A stretch of 64,000 bases of DNA from Carpediemonas membranifera BICM. Lineage: Eukaryota; Protista; Fornicata. Shown in pieces: positions 21,867 to 33,107 of this stretch. The position numbers were made by a program, and so were the translations under genes. The notes beneath the pieces were generated by a model, which saw only the letters and a program-made list of their open reading frames with translations, was not told the origin of the DNA and ran no database searches. The stretch's first letter is position 1. Each line of letters starts with the position of its first letter. The stretch lies in assembly GCA_019828565.1 (NCBI GenBank), contig JAHDYR010000062.1, positions 545,666-609,665 on the forward strand, in the 5' to 3' direction.

Positions 21867-22032
21867 TTATAAATGATCGGATAGACGCGGACACTCATTG
21901 GCGGTGTTCTTTCAGTTTGAATGATGGCAGACTTGTGCTATCTGTCATTGTGGCATGAGAGTGCTGTCGTTGCGAGCTCCGACCAGCCAAGTTGAGGCTA
22001 AACTGCCACCAAACGTCGTTTTGCCGATTGTC

Positions 22033-22803
22033 ATGATTCCTGTGATCGCCGAGTACTGGTCCCACACAGTTGTATTCCTCACTGTACACGATATTCTCAC
22101 CCGTGAGTGCGCACCCCTCCTCCTCAACGGCCAGCTCCAGCACTTCGTCAAGGCCGGCTGCCATGCACAGCCAATCTCCATGGCTCTAAGCTACGCAATC
22201 ATCGCCGGCTCTGTTTTCCTGAAGCTTCCTCAGATTATCAAGATCCTTGCTTCCCGTTCAGTCGCTGGATTGAGCGCCGTCGGCATCGTTCTCGAGAATC
22301 TCGCCCAAGTCTTCACTATCGCCTACTCCATGCGCATTGAGGCACCTTTCTCCACCTACGGCGAGGGGTTCTTCGGCCTCGCCCAGAACTGCCTCATTCT
22401 TCTCCTGTTTGTCCCCTTTGCGCCCAAGAAACCTCTCCACTTCCTCGCGGCCATCGTACCCCCATCCCTCCTTGTCCCACTTCTTCGCCCAGACGTCCCC
22501 TTCCCCGTCCTCGCTGTCCTCCAGAGTGCTACCGCTGTTATGTTCATCCTGTCGAGAACCCCCCAGATCCTCGCCAACTTCAAGAACAAGAGCACCGGCC
22601 AGCTCGCTATGCTCTCGATCCTCATGGCGGCGGGCGGTACTGTGGTCCGCATTGCTACCCTCGTCCAGGCCGGCGTGACTGACGTACCCACTCTGTCGCC
22701 CCATGTCGCCGGGGTCGTGCTCAACTTTATCCTGCTCGCACAGTTTATCATGTATTGGGGAAACAAGGCGGAGCTCTCCGAGGTCGAGAAGAAGCTCGAG
22801 TAA
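22033..22803 (+). CDS. MPDU1: mannose-P-dolichol utilization protein (PQ-loop)
   Basis: Two PQ loops (KLPQIIKI, RTPQILANFKNKSTGQL), 'PFSTYGE', C-terminal 'QFIMYW'. Confidence 0.88.
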   Translation: MIPVIAEYWSHTVVFLTVHDILTRECAPLLLNGQLQHFVKAGCHAQPISMALSYAIIAGSVFLKLPQIIKILASRSVAGLSAVGIVLENLAQVFTIAYSMRIEAPFSTYGEGFFGLAQNCLILLLFVPFAPKKPLHFLAAIVPPSLLVPLLRPDVPFPVLAVLQSATAVMFILSRTPQILANFKNKSTGQLAMLSILMAAGGTVVRIATLVQAGVTDVPTLSPHVAGVVLNFILLAQFIMYWGNKAELSEVEKKLE

Positions 22804-22989
22804 AGCTTTGTAGTTTTGGGTGGCAGGCAAGGTCAACTGACTGGGCGATATGAGGCTGCGCGTGGGAGGAGTAGGCCCAGTATGCTGGCTCGGTGTACAG
22901 TGTGTCGACCGAATCTTGTCATGGTCGTATCAATCTTGAGATTGATTCACAGGCCATTGGTGACATCAACCAGAGTTCGACGACAGGAC

Positions 22990-23756
22990 ATGTTTGGTAG
23001 GTATGCAAACACTGTTTCCTCTCACATAGATCGCTGTTTGATGACTTCGACGACTTCTTCCCCTCCTTTGGCCACTGGCCTTCAAGAAACGGCCGCCGTG
23101 AACGTTATCGGCGCGAGAACGTCCATATAGAGCCTGTTTCGGATGGAAATAACCATACGGAGTCCTCATCGTCCCGTCCAACTGTTGACGAGCCCGATGA
23201 CCACGGGAATCTCCATCGTACGCAAGAAGCACGACCTGCCCCTCGTGACTGGCGGACACAAGCAGACAACGACGACTACTATGAACCACGGCAGTCTCGT
23301 CGTCAGCAAATCGACCAGTGGACCGACCCGTTTGACATGCTTGGACCCCGCGACGGCCCCTCTTTGTTCTCCCGGATGGATTCAATGCTCGGATCGATGT
23401 TTGACGACTCCGTTGAGAGCAGGGTGGGTCCTGGGGTGTCATACAGTAGCACTACTACCACCACGTCTCACGGTGGGGTGACTGAGACGAGACAGAGCGT
23501 GAGAAAGCCCGATGGCGTCACTCGGACGGTCCATAGCAGGCGGATCGGGGAGAGATCAGTCGAGGTGATCGACGAAGACGACGGGAGGGGTAACCAGACC
23601 CAGACCAGGAACGTTATTGGTATGGCTGATAACGACGCGGCCAGGTTTGACGATGACTGGAATGGGGTTGCTCAGAGTCTGCCTGACACGCGTAGGAGGC
23701 ACAGCGGACGAAGTAGCAGGATGCTCGAAGATAACAGGCGCCGTAGGCATTGGTAA
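22990..23756 (+). CDS. myeloid leukemia factor (MLF)-like protein; one intron (23001-23029)
   Basis: C-terminal 'SYSS...GGVTETRQSVR...RRIGERS.....G......IGMADNDAARFDDDW' fits the MLF domain. A 29-nt intron joins MFGR to SLFDDFDDFF. Confidence 0.7.
23001..23029 (+). other. spliceosomal intron, 29 nt
   Basis: GTATGC...TCTCACATAG; removal restores the frame. Confidence 0.75.
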
Positions 23757-23916
23757 AATCTCATACACCTGCGTGCTCATTAGCTGCTGAGAGTGCTATG
23801 TTGATAAAGTAGTGGCACGCAGAGATGTCCACTCGCGATCATGACACGTCCAGGCCTCACTGACATGATGATCCAATCAAAATGTGCAGGTTAAGCGTGA
23901 CAGCCCCTGCAACACA

Positions 23917-24714
23917 ATGTCTTCGGAACTACGCAACCGTTCCACACGTGAGCCAGTAGAACAGGAAGATGGCTTTGAGAGTGACAGCGACATGGAGACT
24001 GGCCCTGTTGAGCCCATCATGGAGCAGAGAATCAGGAATGAGGAGGCTAAGATGGCCGAAATGGACGCTGTCATCGCCAAAATCGCACCTGCGTTTAGGT
24101 TTAAGAAGCTGGAACACCTTGAGAAGTTCTTTTCCATTTTCCAGGCTCAGATCAAGGAGGAAGCCAAGGCGGAGCTCCGTCAGAAGCTCGAAAACCTTTC
24201 CAAAGTCGACGGCGAGCTCTGTTTCGATCCTATCAAGGGCAGGTTCATGGCATATATCGGCCCAGAGGCTAGAAAAGCGATGCACGACAAGATGCGGCCG
24301 GCCAAGAAGGCTCCGCCGCCCCCTCGCAAATTCCTCCTCACAGCCGTCGCCGTTTTTATCATCACCATGCTCATCCTAGGTGGTGTCGGCGCTGTGCTGT
24401 ACTGGCGTTTCCCGCAGCTCTTCGCCTTCACGGTGGAGACAGGGTACAAGGACTATTACGAGATCCTGGGGGTGCCACGGGACGCCACACAGGCGGAGAT
24501 CAAGAAAGCATACAGGAAGTTTGCACTAGAGCTTCATCCTGACCGAAACCCGAACTGCAAGACCTGCGGAGCGCAGCTGGCACTTATTAGTGAGGCCCAC
24601 AAGTGTCTGGCAGACGAGACAAGACGCAGCTACTACGACATCAACGGCCGTGACCCAGGACCACAGAGGGAGAAGCCAGTGGTCAAGCAAATGACTCGAA
24701 TGCCCAGGAGATGA
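23917..24714 (+). CDS. membrane-anchored J-domain (DnaJ) protein
   Basis: One TM followed by 'DYYEILGV...IKKAYRKFALELHPDRN...ISEAH..L.D...R..YD'. Confidence 0.88.
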   Translation: MSSELRNRSTREPVEQEDGFESDSDMETGPVEPIMEQRIRNEEAKMAEMDAVIAKIAPAFRFKKLEHLEKFFSIFQAQIKEEAKAELRQKLENLSKVDGELCFDPIKGRFMAYIGPEARKAMHDKMRPAKKAPPPPRKFLLTAVAVFIITMLILGGVGAVLYWRFPQLFAFTVETGYKDYYEILGVPRDATQAEIKKAYRKFALELHPDRNPNCKTCGAQLALISEAHKCLADETRRSYYDINGRDPGPQREKPVVKQMTRMPRR

Positions 24715-24830
24715 TCGATAGATGGTGTGGTCACCGGGCAGTTTAATGAAGGAGGAAAGTGACTTTCACGTCACGCCGCGTATAAATGACCCAGATGATG
24801 TGATCAAATCATAATGATGTAATCAGACCA

Positions 24831-26243
24831 TCACCGGCTGAGGAAAAGAACCGCCGAGCAGACCACCGCGATGCCCACAACAAAACCGAGATCAACCAAG
24901 AGCGGCAGAAAGAAGTCTCCCCCCAGCCCGGTGAACGTCAGCCGGCCGAGAGCGATAGGCACCGCGGACCCAAGGCACATGAGGATGGTCACCGCCGCCA
25001 TGAGCTTTCCCATGTGCCCGTGACCGAATACGGCGGGGAACACGGTCCACATGCCCGCAAAGGAGAGCCCGCGCCACAGCATGAGAGCTACACAGGCTGG
25101 GATGATGAGAACTCGGGCCTCGGGTATGCGGGTCGGGATTAGCAAAAGAACGACCATCGGGACGCCGAAGACGACCTGGGTGGCAATAAGAGACTTCAAG
25201 GCACCGAGCCAGTTGGCCAGGTAGACTGCTGGCAAGAGGATAAACGAGCTGATCTGAATGAACGCCATCACCGCGCTGTACCGGCCAGCTTCGGCCCGAC
25301 TGGTGCCAGTGGCGCGGACCATGTCGTATACCAGGCTTGTTACAAAGTTATTGACCGCCACGATAAATAGAACCATCGCGACCATGAATGGGAGGGCCGG
25401 CTTAAATATCGACTTAATAAAGAGTTTCCAGCCTTTGAACACGCCGCTCTCACGCACGGAGAAGTGGCGCATAGGCCAAACGAAAGCTCCAATGAGTGTG
25501 AGTATGGCGTTGCCCATTGTCATCATTGACAGGGGCACCAGTGGTGTTGTGACATTCGACAACACCTGCGCTGCAAGGAATATAGCCGGGGTGGTGGCGT
25601 ATGACACGGTGATGAGGCCCGACACGAACACTCTGCGGGTTGGGAATAGGTTCTGGAGGTCGAAGAGGACCAGCTGTATGCCTGCGCTGATGATGAAGAA
25701 GGAGAGCACTGATGGGAGAAAGAGGAAGGAAAGCGGCTCAAATGAGATGGCGACGGTCAACCCAAGGGCGCCTAGCGTGGTCACTGAGCCGCAGAACACG
25801 ATTGAGAGTTTGAGACCAATTGTGTCGGAGATGAAGCCGAGGATGGCGCAGAAGCCGGCGTTGACGATGGCCGTGAGGTTGAAAATGTCGTTAAACCGAG
25901 CGCTACGGGCATCGCATGATGTGTCTGAGGCGCCGCACAGATCTGAATAGATAGTCGTGTGTTCGTCGACGATTGCGACGAAGTTTGTGAAGGCGAGAAT
26001 CGCGCCTGAGGAAAAGAAGATGTGCAGAAGGCCAAGAATGAGAATGGGGTAGCGTATCTTAATATACTTCAGATTAGCTTCCTTTGTTGCCATCCCTTGC
26101 TCTTCCTTGGCGATGGGTGAGGAATCCAGCAGCAGCTCGCTCTCAGCAGACGAACAGGGCATCATTGGCGCCATCTCATCGCTGTTCACACTTTCAGAAC
26201 AACTGTTGCCTTCTTCCAGCTCTGAGAGGCTACTTGCTGGCAT
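24831..26243 (-). CDS. MFS transporter (SLC43/Fmp42-like)
   Basis: About 12 hydrophobic helices, MFS motif-A-like 'GFISDTIG', extracellular Cys pair 'YSDLC.....C', 'FG..HMGKL'. Confidence 0.75.
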   Translation of the reverse strand: MPASSLSELEEGNSCSESVNSDEMAPMMPCSSAESELLLDSSPIAKEEQGMATKEANLKYIKIRYPILILGLLHIFFSSGAILAFTNFVAIVDEHTTIYSDLCGASDTSCDARSARFNDIFNLTAIVNAGFCAILGFISDTIGLKLSIVFCGSVTTLGALGLTVAISFEPLSFLFLPSVLSFFIISAGIQLVLFDLQNLFPTRRVFVSGLITVSYATTPAIFLAAQVLSNVTTPLVPLSMMTMGNAILTLIGAFVWPMRHFSVRESGVFKGWKLFIKSIFKPALPFMVAMVLFIVAVNNFVTSLVYDMVRATGTSRAEAGRYSAVMAFIQISSFILLPAVYLANWLGALKSLIATQVVFGVPMVVLLLIPTRIPEARVLIIPACVALMLWRGLSFAGMWTVFPAVFGHGHMGKLMAAVTILMCLGSAVPIALGRLTFTGLGGDFFLPLLVDLGFVVGIAVVCSAVLFLSR

Positions 26244-26366
26244 TGCTTTGTTGTTCTGACGGGGTCCACGTCACAAAATCCAAATCTGATGTTGATTTTC
26301 GCACGATTCGATCGAATCACCAGACAAGCCGTGCTTTATACTTGTTAATCATCCTTATGTATCATT

Positions 26367-27365
26367 CTAGGACCGCATCAAACCCTTGACCAGAGTCATC
26401 ATCTCGTTCACCGAGGCCGCGTCGTTCTCATCAGCCATCAGCCCGGCATCCTCGGACACTTCCTGCAGCGCCCCGTCAAGTCTGGAAAGACAGGCGGTGG
26501 TTCCGCAGAGGTCGAGGTCCTGCCGGGGCAGCTGCTGCAGCATAGTCAGCGTCTTCTCGGCAAGGTCCATGACACGACCGTCAAAGTCCTCGAGCTTCGA
26601 CCTTGCATGGTCGATGATTTTGTTCGAGAGCCGGCATATCATCTCACGCATGGGTTGGTTTGACGAGATCATTTTGGCCCTCAAGTCATCCTTGAGCTGA
26701 GACAACGTCACCGAGAGATAAAACACAACTCGGAGAGCGAGTCTGAAATGCTGGTTAGAGTCCAGCGGTTCGTTGATAACAGTGTTCATTGCCACGCTGA
26801 GGCAGTTCTGGAGTACCTCGCTCTCGATCGTCTGAGCCAGAATGCCAGGATTTGCCCTGGTCATCGTAGAGAGCACGGAGATACCAGCAGAGCACACGCC
26901 CGGGTCCTTGTTGGTCACACATTCAGCTGCGGCGGCAAGGACGTCGCGCTTCATCGCCTCTGCCTGTGCCACTGGGTTGTTCTGAACGGCCGCAGAAATC
27001 ACCTGGGCGGCCGCAGCACGGGTAGCTGGTGTGGAATCATGGCTCCGCATCACATGGAGGAGAGGAAGCCAGCCGTCGGGGTCGTATTTGTGGAGGTTGT
27101 TTGCTATGTCGAGTCTTTCGATGGAAGTGAGCAATGCGTCAAGATATTGAAGCGTCGTCTCTTCATCGAGATCGGGACGTGTAATGGCATCCAGAAGGTT
27201 CTGAACGTGCTTGTTTTCATCGATAACACTGCCGTTGATGGCGGCTTCAAGCCATTTCTTCCTTTCGGGATCGAGTTGAACGTTCTCGTGGTTCGAAAAC
27301 GCATCAGGGGTGTTCGCTACATACTCAAAGAGTGCCTTCCAGGCAGGATTGCTGGGCAATGCCAT
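26367..27365 (-). CDS. Hsp70 nucleotide-exchange factor HspBP1/Fes1-like
   Basis: 'LDPERKKWLEAA', 'IERLDIANNL', 'AAQVISAAVQNNPVAQ' armadillo motifs. Confidence 0.85.
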   Translation of the reverse strand: MALPSNPAWKALFEYVANTPDAFSNHENVQLDPERKKWLEAAINGSVIDENKHVQNLLDAITRPDLDEETTLQYLDALLTSIERLDIANNLHKYDPDGWLPLLHVMRSHDSTPATRAAAAQVISAAVQNNPVAQAEAMKRDVLAAAAECVTNKDPGVCSAGISVLSTMTRANPGILAQTIESEVLQNCLSVAMNTVINEPLDSNQHFRLALRVVFYLSVTLSQLKDDLRAKMISSNQPMREMICRLSNKIIDHARSKLEDFDGRVMDLAEKTLTMLQQLPRQDLDLCGTTACLSRLDGALQEVSEDAGLMADENDAASVNEMMTLVKGLMRS

Positions 27366-27465
27366 TGAACTTTCTGACGGATTGTCACATCGATCCAAGC
27401 CAAGCCCAAGAATCGAATGCATCCCGGAATACATGCACTAAACTCGGTATTTAACGTCGCCCCAC

Positions 27466-30135
27466 TCATATGAGGATGCCATCGACCTCCGCCTGAAGCC
27501 GATCGAGCAGAGAATCGCCGCTTGGGACCTCATCCTCCTCGATCCTCCTCAGCTCGTATACAAGACACGAGTCGAGCCACGCACGGGCAGTTTTCCTCAT
27601 ACGCGTCGCAGCCACGCCCTCAGCCTTGTCTGCATCGACCATAGTCTTCCTGCTCCGGACCTGAGCAATCGCCAGTCTTCGCACGTCAACGAGTGCACCA
27701 GGGTCCATATCGACCAGATCTTTGATTATCTCACCGGTATGACAGTCCACCGTGCTACCCGCAGCGTTCCAGGCGAACCCCATAAATCCAGTAAACCCAC
27801 ACATAGCGTATGCCGTCGAGGCGTCCACCCGGCCCTGTCCCAAGACGCCGACCGGTAGGGCCGCGCTACCACAGCCCATCATCACTGCTGCCACGGGCCC
27901 GAGCTCCTTGGGGTCGGCCAGAGTTGTGTGGTTGTTCGCCTTTGAATAAATCAAAGAGGCTGGCTTCAGGACCTGGACACCCCAGTTGTGGCCCGAGTAT
28001 AGGTAGAACTCTCGACCCCGTAGTAGTTCCTCACCCCGCTCGCCCTTGGCTCCCAGGGCCTGGGCTGACTCGGCCTCGCCCTGGACGACGCGCCATCCCT
28101 CCCCAGGAGCCGACTGGCCCTTGAGCTTGGCCAGTGGGGCCTTCAGCGCCTTATGGGACTGCGGAGTGGTGCCGTCAACGTTGATCATGGCGAGACCGGG
28201 GTTGAAAGCATCAGGAGTGGAATGTGTCCTTGGTTCAAGGGCGACATACGCTGGGTGGACCCGCGCAGTGGCGATGGGGGAACGGTAGTAGTAGACGCCA
28301 GACGAGTCCTTGATGAAGGCGCCCTGCCAACACGGCATGAGTTCCCACGGTAGGTTCCTCAAAGACGAACTCGGGCTGACTCGCATAAACTGCACTGCAG
28401 TCGGTTTTTCCTTGGTAAACTGGACGCGGGAGTCGCACGCGCTCCTGTGCTCCTTGGTCAGTCCCAGCCTGGCATACATCGACGAGTCTGGCCCGCAGGC
28501 CGGGTCCGCGAGGACACACGCGGCCAGCAACGGCTGAGCCACGCCGAGGGCAGCGAGCTTATCAACTGTGGTCTTGCTGACCCATGGGAGTGCTGTGATC
28601 GGCTGGACCCATTGCCCGAGCCACTGTGTCTGCCAGTCCTTGACGAGGGCCTTGGCGGTCTGGTTGTGTCCCTCAGTCTCGGCGATCGCCTCCTTCGACG
28701 TCAACTCGCCGTGTTCTAGGCGATCAAATGTTTTCCCCACAGCTGCTGTGAGGTCGTGGAATCTTGTAAGAATGGCCGTGTACGCATACTGGCTCCCGCC
28801 CCGCTCCCGTGCCTTGGCCAGCTCCCTAAGTAGCTCCCGGTCAACTGTCGCCGGGTGCGGGTCCGTTGGGCCTGGGGGGAGGCCGACCCAATGCTCCTCA
28901 GAGATGCCGTCAGTAGCGTCCCGCTGTCCCCCGTCAACGTCAGCCTGGGCGGCTAAGCGAGTCGACCTCCGCACCCCGCGGGCAAGGGCGCTGGGGCGAG
29001 CGCGGGTAGCGGGTCGACTGGCCGGCCTTGTAACAGCAGGATTCTCCTCACTCTGCCGTGAGACATTGACCAGGGGCCGTGTGACAGCCTCAACTCTCCC
29101 GTGGGCCACGAAGATCATCGCCAGCTGTGCCAGCTGACCGGGCGACTCGATTAAGTCGAGGTACACTCCATCGGGAAGCTCGCCGACCCCCTCCTCCTCC
29201 GCCCTGAAGCTCGTAGCCGTGAGCAGGGTGGGACTGTCACCAGCCATGAACCGGAGCAGGCTCGGAACCCGGGTCTGCCGCCACCCCCACGCATTTACCG
29301 CGCTCCAGTCCCACGAACGGGCCTCCTTGGAGCAGAGTCCGGCCGCCCTGAGTTCGGATGACAGCGGCTGTAGAGTGTGGAACGCTGTGGCCGCCAGCTC
29401 GCCCTTACCAGCTGCCAGGCACTCCTCTTTGGCCCGCGAGAGGACCGCGTTGAGGGGGGTGAAACCCGTATTGGTGGGGCGGGCCAGATCCTCCTTGTTC
29501 TGCCCCTGGAACAATGCCATCGACATCGCCAAGTGCCACAGCGCCCGCTCAGTCTTGCTGAACGAGCTAGTAGAGTCGGATCGAATGATGCGCAGGACAA
29601 CGGTCATCACATACCGGTTGTGGGGTGTCTTTGAGGCCAACGCCGCGTCGATAGGCTTGTGGAACTTCTCTTCCAATGCATCCTTAAGCCAAGCTCCGTC
29701 GCCAAGGTCGACTGGGGCTGCGAGTACAGAGATGACGAGCCGTAGGACGGCGTCCAGTCGGGTGCACGGCCCAGGGTGGTCCGCAGGGCTGTAGCTGACA
29801 GTCATGTAGTTAGCTAGGCCCCACTGGGTGGCGTACTGGCCGTAGTGGGCCGGGTGCTGCCGAAGGTGAACGACGAGGTGGTAGAGATGGGAGAGTTGGC
29901 GGTATTTGAGGCCCTCGTCGAAGGCGGCAGTACCTTTCTTCAGGTGGAGGTCTTCAATGAGCACATCTATGTAGCGTAACGCGTTTGTAGCGTATGAAAG
30001 CAAGCCGTAGTCGATTGTCAGAGCTGTGTACTCAGAAAGGTACTTAACGAGGGTGAAGGCATTGGCTTTCGTAAGATTCGCAATATGCTTAGAGATAGTA
30101 GCTTGGTATTTCAATATAGCTTTCCCAGCTGGCAT
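27466..30135 (-). CDS. divergent separase (peptidase C50)
   Basis: 'LRNLPWELMP', 'MINVDGT', 'YLYSGHNWG' (catalytic His), 'MMGCGSAAL' (catalytic Cys) and 'MGFAWNA....VD' occur in separase order. N-terminus uncertain. Confidence 0.75.
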   Translation of the reverse strand: MPAGKAILKYQATISKHIANLTKANAFTLVKYLSEYTALTIDYGLLSYATNALRYIDVLIEDLHLKKGTAAFDEGLKYRQLSHLYHLVVHLRQHPAHYGQYATQWGLANYMTVSYSPADHPGPCTRLDAVLRLVISVLAAPVDLGDGAWLKDALEEKFHKPIDAALASKTPHNRYVMTVVLRIIRSDSTSSFSKTERALWHLAMSMALFQGQNKEDLARPTNTGFTPLNAVLSRAKEECLAAGKGELAATAFHTLQPLSSELRAAGLCSKEARSWDWSAVNAWGWRQTRVPSLLRFMAGDSPTLLTATSFRAEEEGVGELPDGVYLDLIESPGQLAQLAMIFVAHGRVEAVTRPLVNVSRQSEENPAVTRPASRPATRARPSALARGVRRSTRLAAQADVDGGQRDATDGISEEHWVGLPPGPTDPHPATVDRELLRELAKARERGGSQYAYTAILTRFHDLTAAVGKTFDRLEHGELTSKEAIAETEGHNQTAKALVKDWQTQWLGQWVQPITALPWVSKTTVDKLAALGVAQPLLAACVLADPACGPDSSMYARLGLTKEHRSACDSRVQFTKEKPTAVQFMRVSPSSSLRNLPWELMPCWQGAFIKDSSGVYYYRSPIATARVHPAYVALEPRTHSTPDAFNPGLAMINVDGTTPQSHKALKAPLAKLKGQSAPGEGWRVVQGEAESAQALGAKGERGEELLRGREFYLYSGHNWGVQVLKPASLIYSKANNHTTLADPKELGPVAAVMMGCGSAALPVGVLGQGRVDASTAYAMCGFTGFMGFAWNAAGSTVDCHTGEIIKDLVDMDPGALVDVRRLAIAQVRSRKTMVDADKAEGVAATRMRKTARAWLDSCLVYELRRIEEDEVPSGDSLLDRLQAEVDGILI

Positions 30136-30583
30136 CAGCGCCGAGAAACCGACCGAATATCGTTCGCAGGATAGTGTTGGCGACGGGCGTCCACCGGCCC
30201 CGGAGAAGCGGTGAGGGCCTCAGTGATGCATAGCGTGCTTCAACGGGTATACCGCCCGACACCACAATTTCCGAATGTCGTTTCTGATGACAATGGTGAT
30301 GACCGCACTCAACCCGTGTCCGGAGAAGTTGTGATGACGAGCGGATTCTTTCAACGCCCAGGAGAACCCCACATCGACGTCCACTCAAGCTGCCCGAACA
30401 CGGCACAGCTGCCTTGGTGCTGTTGACTGTAAGCCATCATCGCTGGTACATCGCGCCTCGTTGGCCTCGCAGCAGCAGGAATACTCGCTACGGTACACCG
30501 GTAGTCATTGGATGGCTTCCGGAGCCTCTTCATGCCCCGCACTTTAAAGCAACGATTTGAGGTAAGCGACCTCAAACTGTCAA

Positions 30584-32314
30584 ATGTCCGCAACTATGAA
30601 CGTAGTGACAATTTCCGCGCTCGTTGAAGAGTTGCGGAGCGACGATATTACCAGCAGACTTAACGCTGTTCGCCGTATATCCACAATTGCTCTTGCCATT
30701 GGAGCTGAGAGAACCAGGGCAGAATTGCTGCCTTTCCTTGCTGATACTGCGCAAGACGATGCAGATGAGATCCTTTGTGTCATGGCAGAGGAGCTTCAGC
30801 ACTTCATTCCATTCGTTGGGGGCGCCCCTTATGCATACACCATTATTGCGCCCCTCGCTGTTCTTGCCAAGGCCGATTCCCAGATGGTGAGAGATCGGGC
30901 CGTGGAAAGCCTTCTCTCCGTCGCCGAGCAGCTTTCTGAAGAGCACTTTACAGCCCATTTCATGCCTCTCATCGACTCTCTGGCCGAGTCCGAGTGGTAT
31001 ACACACCGCGTGTCCGCGTGCGGGCTCTACTCAGTCGCCATGAAGCGTGCCCAGCCCAAGCAGAAGCCTGGAATCATCAACCGCATCAAGGCGCACGCCG
31101 ATGACGAGCTTCCGATGGTTCGCCGTGCTGCAGCTCTCTGTATCGCAAAGGTTGCCCCCTTCGTCGGCGGCGGTGAGGCCTCCAAGGACCTCCTCCTCGT
31201 TCTGCTCAAGCAGCTCGCGGCCGACGAGCAGGAGTCTGTCCGCCTCCACGCCGTACCCCTCAGCGCTGTGTTCATCCAGGCTGACATCGCCCCCGCTGCC
31301 ACGGAGCCCGTCATGTCTGCCCTGGCCCAGGATATCAGCTGGAGGGTCCGGTCGGTCTTCATTGACCACCTGCCCCAGTGGGCCACCGCCCTCGAGCAGC
31401 CCGACGCTGCCGTCGACCACTGCGTCGCCCTCCTCACTGATCCCGAGCCCGAGGTTCGTGCCAAGGCCATGAGCGCCGTGCCCCAGTTCGCCGCGGTGCT
31501 CCCGCCGGCCACAGTCGAGGCTCGCATCGTCCCGGCCCTCGGCGCCGTCACCAAGGACCCCGTCCTCGCTGTGAGGCTGGCAGGGTCGATAGCGATCTGC
31601 GAGCTCGCCTCGATCGTGCCAGAGAAGGCCATGACTCAGCTCGAGTCGATGATCTCCGGCTTCCTGGCCGATGAGACGCCCGACGTCCGCCTGAGCACTG
31701 TGTCGGCCCTGCCTACGCTTTTCAAGACTCCCGCTGCGGCCAGGATCGCTGCCAAGCTCGTGGTGTCCATCATCAACCTCAGCGAGGACACTGCCTGGCG
31801 TGTCCGCCGGGCCGTGATCGACATCATCCCGCTCATCGTCGAGAGGTCGGGCCCGAGCTTCATGACGGAGCAGATGTCTGCAGCTGTGCTCTCTTGGCTC
31901 AGCGATGCCGTGTTCTCGATCAGGGACAGTGCCGCGAGGACCATCGCCGACATGCTGCCCCACCTCGACTCCAGCTGGGCCCAGGCCGTCCTCCTGCCCA
32001 AGCTGGCCTCTCTCGCGACCCACCCCAACTACCTCTACCGCGTCTCCGTGCTCATCGCCATCAGGGCCATCGCCCCCAACGTCGAGGAGACCCTGCTCGC
32101 CACGTCGATCCTGCCGATCGTCATCCGCATGGCCACCGACGGGACCCCGAATGTGCGGTTTAACGCAGCCCAGACCCTGGGCAAGGTCGGCCAGCTTGTG
32201 GAGGGCAAGTCGAGGGACGGGGAGATCGTACCCGTGCTCACCGGTATGGCCGACGACGGGGACCTGGATGTTAGGCAGTTTGCGGAGACCGCGCTCGAGC
32301 AGGTGCTTGTATGA
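30584..32314 (+). CDS. PPP2R1: PP2A scaffold subunit A (HEAT repeats)
   Basis: 'LVEELRSDD...RLNAVRRISTIALAIGAERTRAELLPFL', 'PMVRRAAA', 'SWRVR', 'NYLYR', 'PNVRFN'. Confidence 0.95.
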   Translation: MSATMNVVTISALVEELRSDDITSRLNAVRRISTIALAIGAERTRAELLPFLADTAQDDADEILCVMAEELQHFIPFVGGAPYAYTIIAPLAVLAKADSQMVRDRAVESLLSVAEQLSEEHFTAHFMPLIDSLAESEWYTHRVSACGLYSVAMKRAQPKQKPGIINRIKAHADDELPMVRRAAALCIAKVAPFVGGGEASKDLLLVLLKQLAADEQESVRLHAVPLSAVFIQADIAPAATEPVMSALAQDISWRVRSVFIDHLPQWATALEQPDAAVDHCVALLTDPEPEVRAKAMSAVPQFAAVLPPATVEARIVPALGAVTKDPVLAVRLAGSIAICELASIVPEKAMTQLESMISGFLADETPDVRLSTVSALPTLFKTPAAARIAAKLVVSIINLSEDTAWRVRRAVIDIIPLIVERSGPSFMTEQMSAAVLSWLSDAVFSIRDSAARTIADMLPHLDSSWAQAVLLPKLASLATHPNYLYRVSVLIAIRAIAPNVEETLLATSILPIVIRMATDGTPNVRFNAAQTLGKVGQLVEGKSRDGEIVPVLTGMADDGDLDVRQFAETALEQVLV

Positions 32315-32404
32315 GGTACGAGGGGATAAATCGGCAGTCTTTACCGTATTTACATCGATACAGGATTAACAAGGTGGATAAGATAGCCTTTACAGAGGTG
32401 ACCG

Positions 32405-32962
32405 TCACCCTTTGATACGGCCCCAAGTGGCCAACCAGGACGCGTAGTCGAGCACGCTGTCCATATTGTCCGTGGACATCCGCTCCTTGGCGTCCTCCAG
32501 CTCCCGTTCGCTCGCCTTGATCCGTTGCTTTGCCGCTTCAATCTCCTGATCGTTAACGGTGTTATACTCTTCGACACGCTTGTTGACGGTCTCAATCCAC
32601 TCTCGGAGCTTAATCATCTCTGGTATGAGGCTAGCTGTGTTCGAGACATCAGTGGAAAGGGCCGTTTGCTGCTGCTGGAGGTTCGTTTCATCCACGGCGT
32701 TCACGTCCCTAACAAGGTTTTCTAAGTAGTCGTGCTCAGACTTCATGTCTGCTAGTGCATTTTGAAGGGTAGTAATTACGCTCTGCATGAGTGTAACATC
32801 CACTTCGGGGTTCGTCAAGGAGCGGATGGCCTGGAAGACAAGCTTTGAGATCTCTTCTTGCGGAATTGTACTATTTCTATTGAATGCAGTATCCTCAAGC
32901 GCCAAGCGATCGTACTGCGCTTCTTCCGCCGCCCTGTCGGTTTCGTCGTCCATTCTGTGCAT
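32405..32962 (-). CDS. hypothetical coiled-coil protein
   Basis: ORF with heptad-rich helical character. Confidence 0.5.
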   Translation of the reverse strand: MHRMDDETDRAAEEAQYDRLALEDTAFNRNSTIPQEEISKLVFQAIRSLTNPEVDVTLMQSVITTLQNALADMKSEHDYLENLVRDVNAVDETNLQQQQTALSTDVSNTASLIPEMIKLREWIETVNKRVEEYNTVNDQEIEAAKQRIKASERELEDAKERMSTDNMDSVLDYASWLATWGRIKG

Positions 32963-33107
32963 TTTAAGGGTACAACGCCATGCCGGCCTAAAGACGACCA
33001 AATTTGCCTTCAGACATGCTCAAACGCTACGTATGGCCACATATAGGCCCTGCTTTCCTGACCGACTTCACCTGGAGTTGCAATATTTTGCAGCAATTCA
33101 CAGTCTC

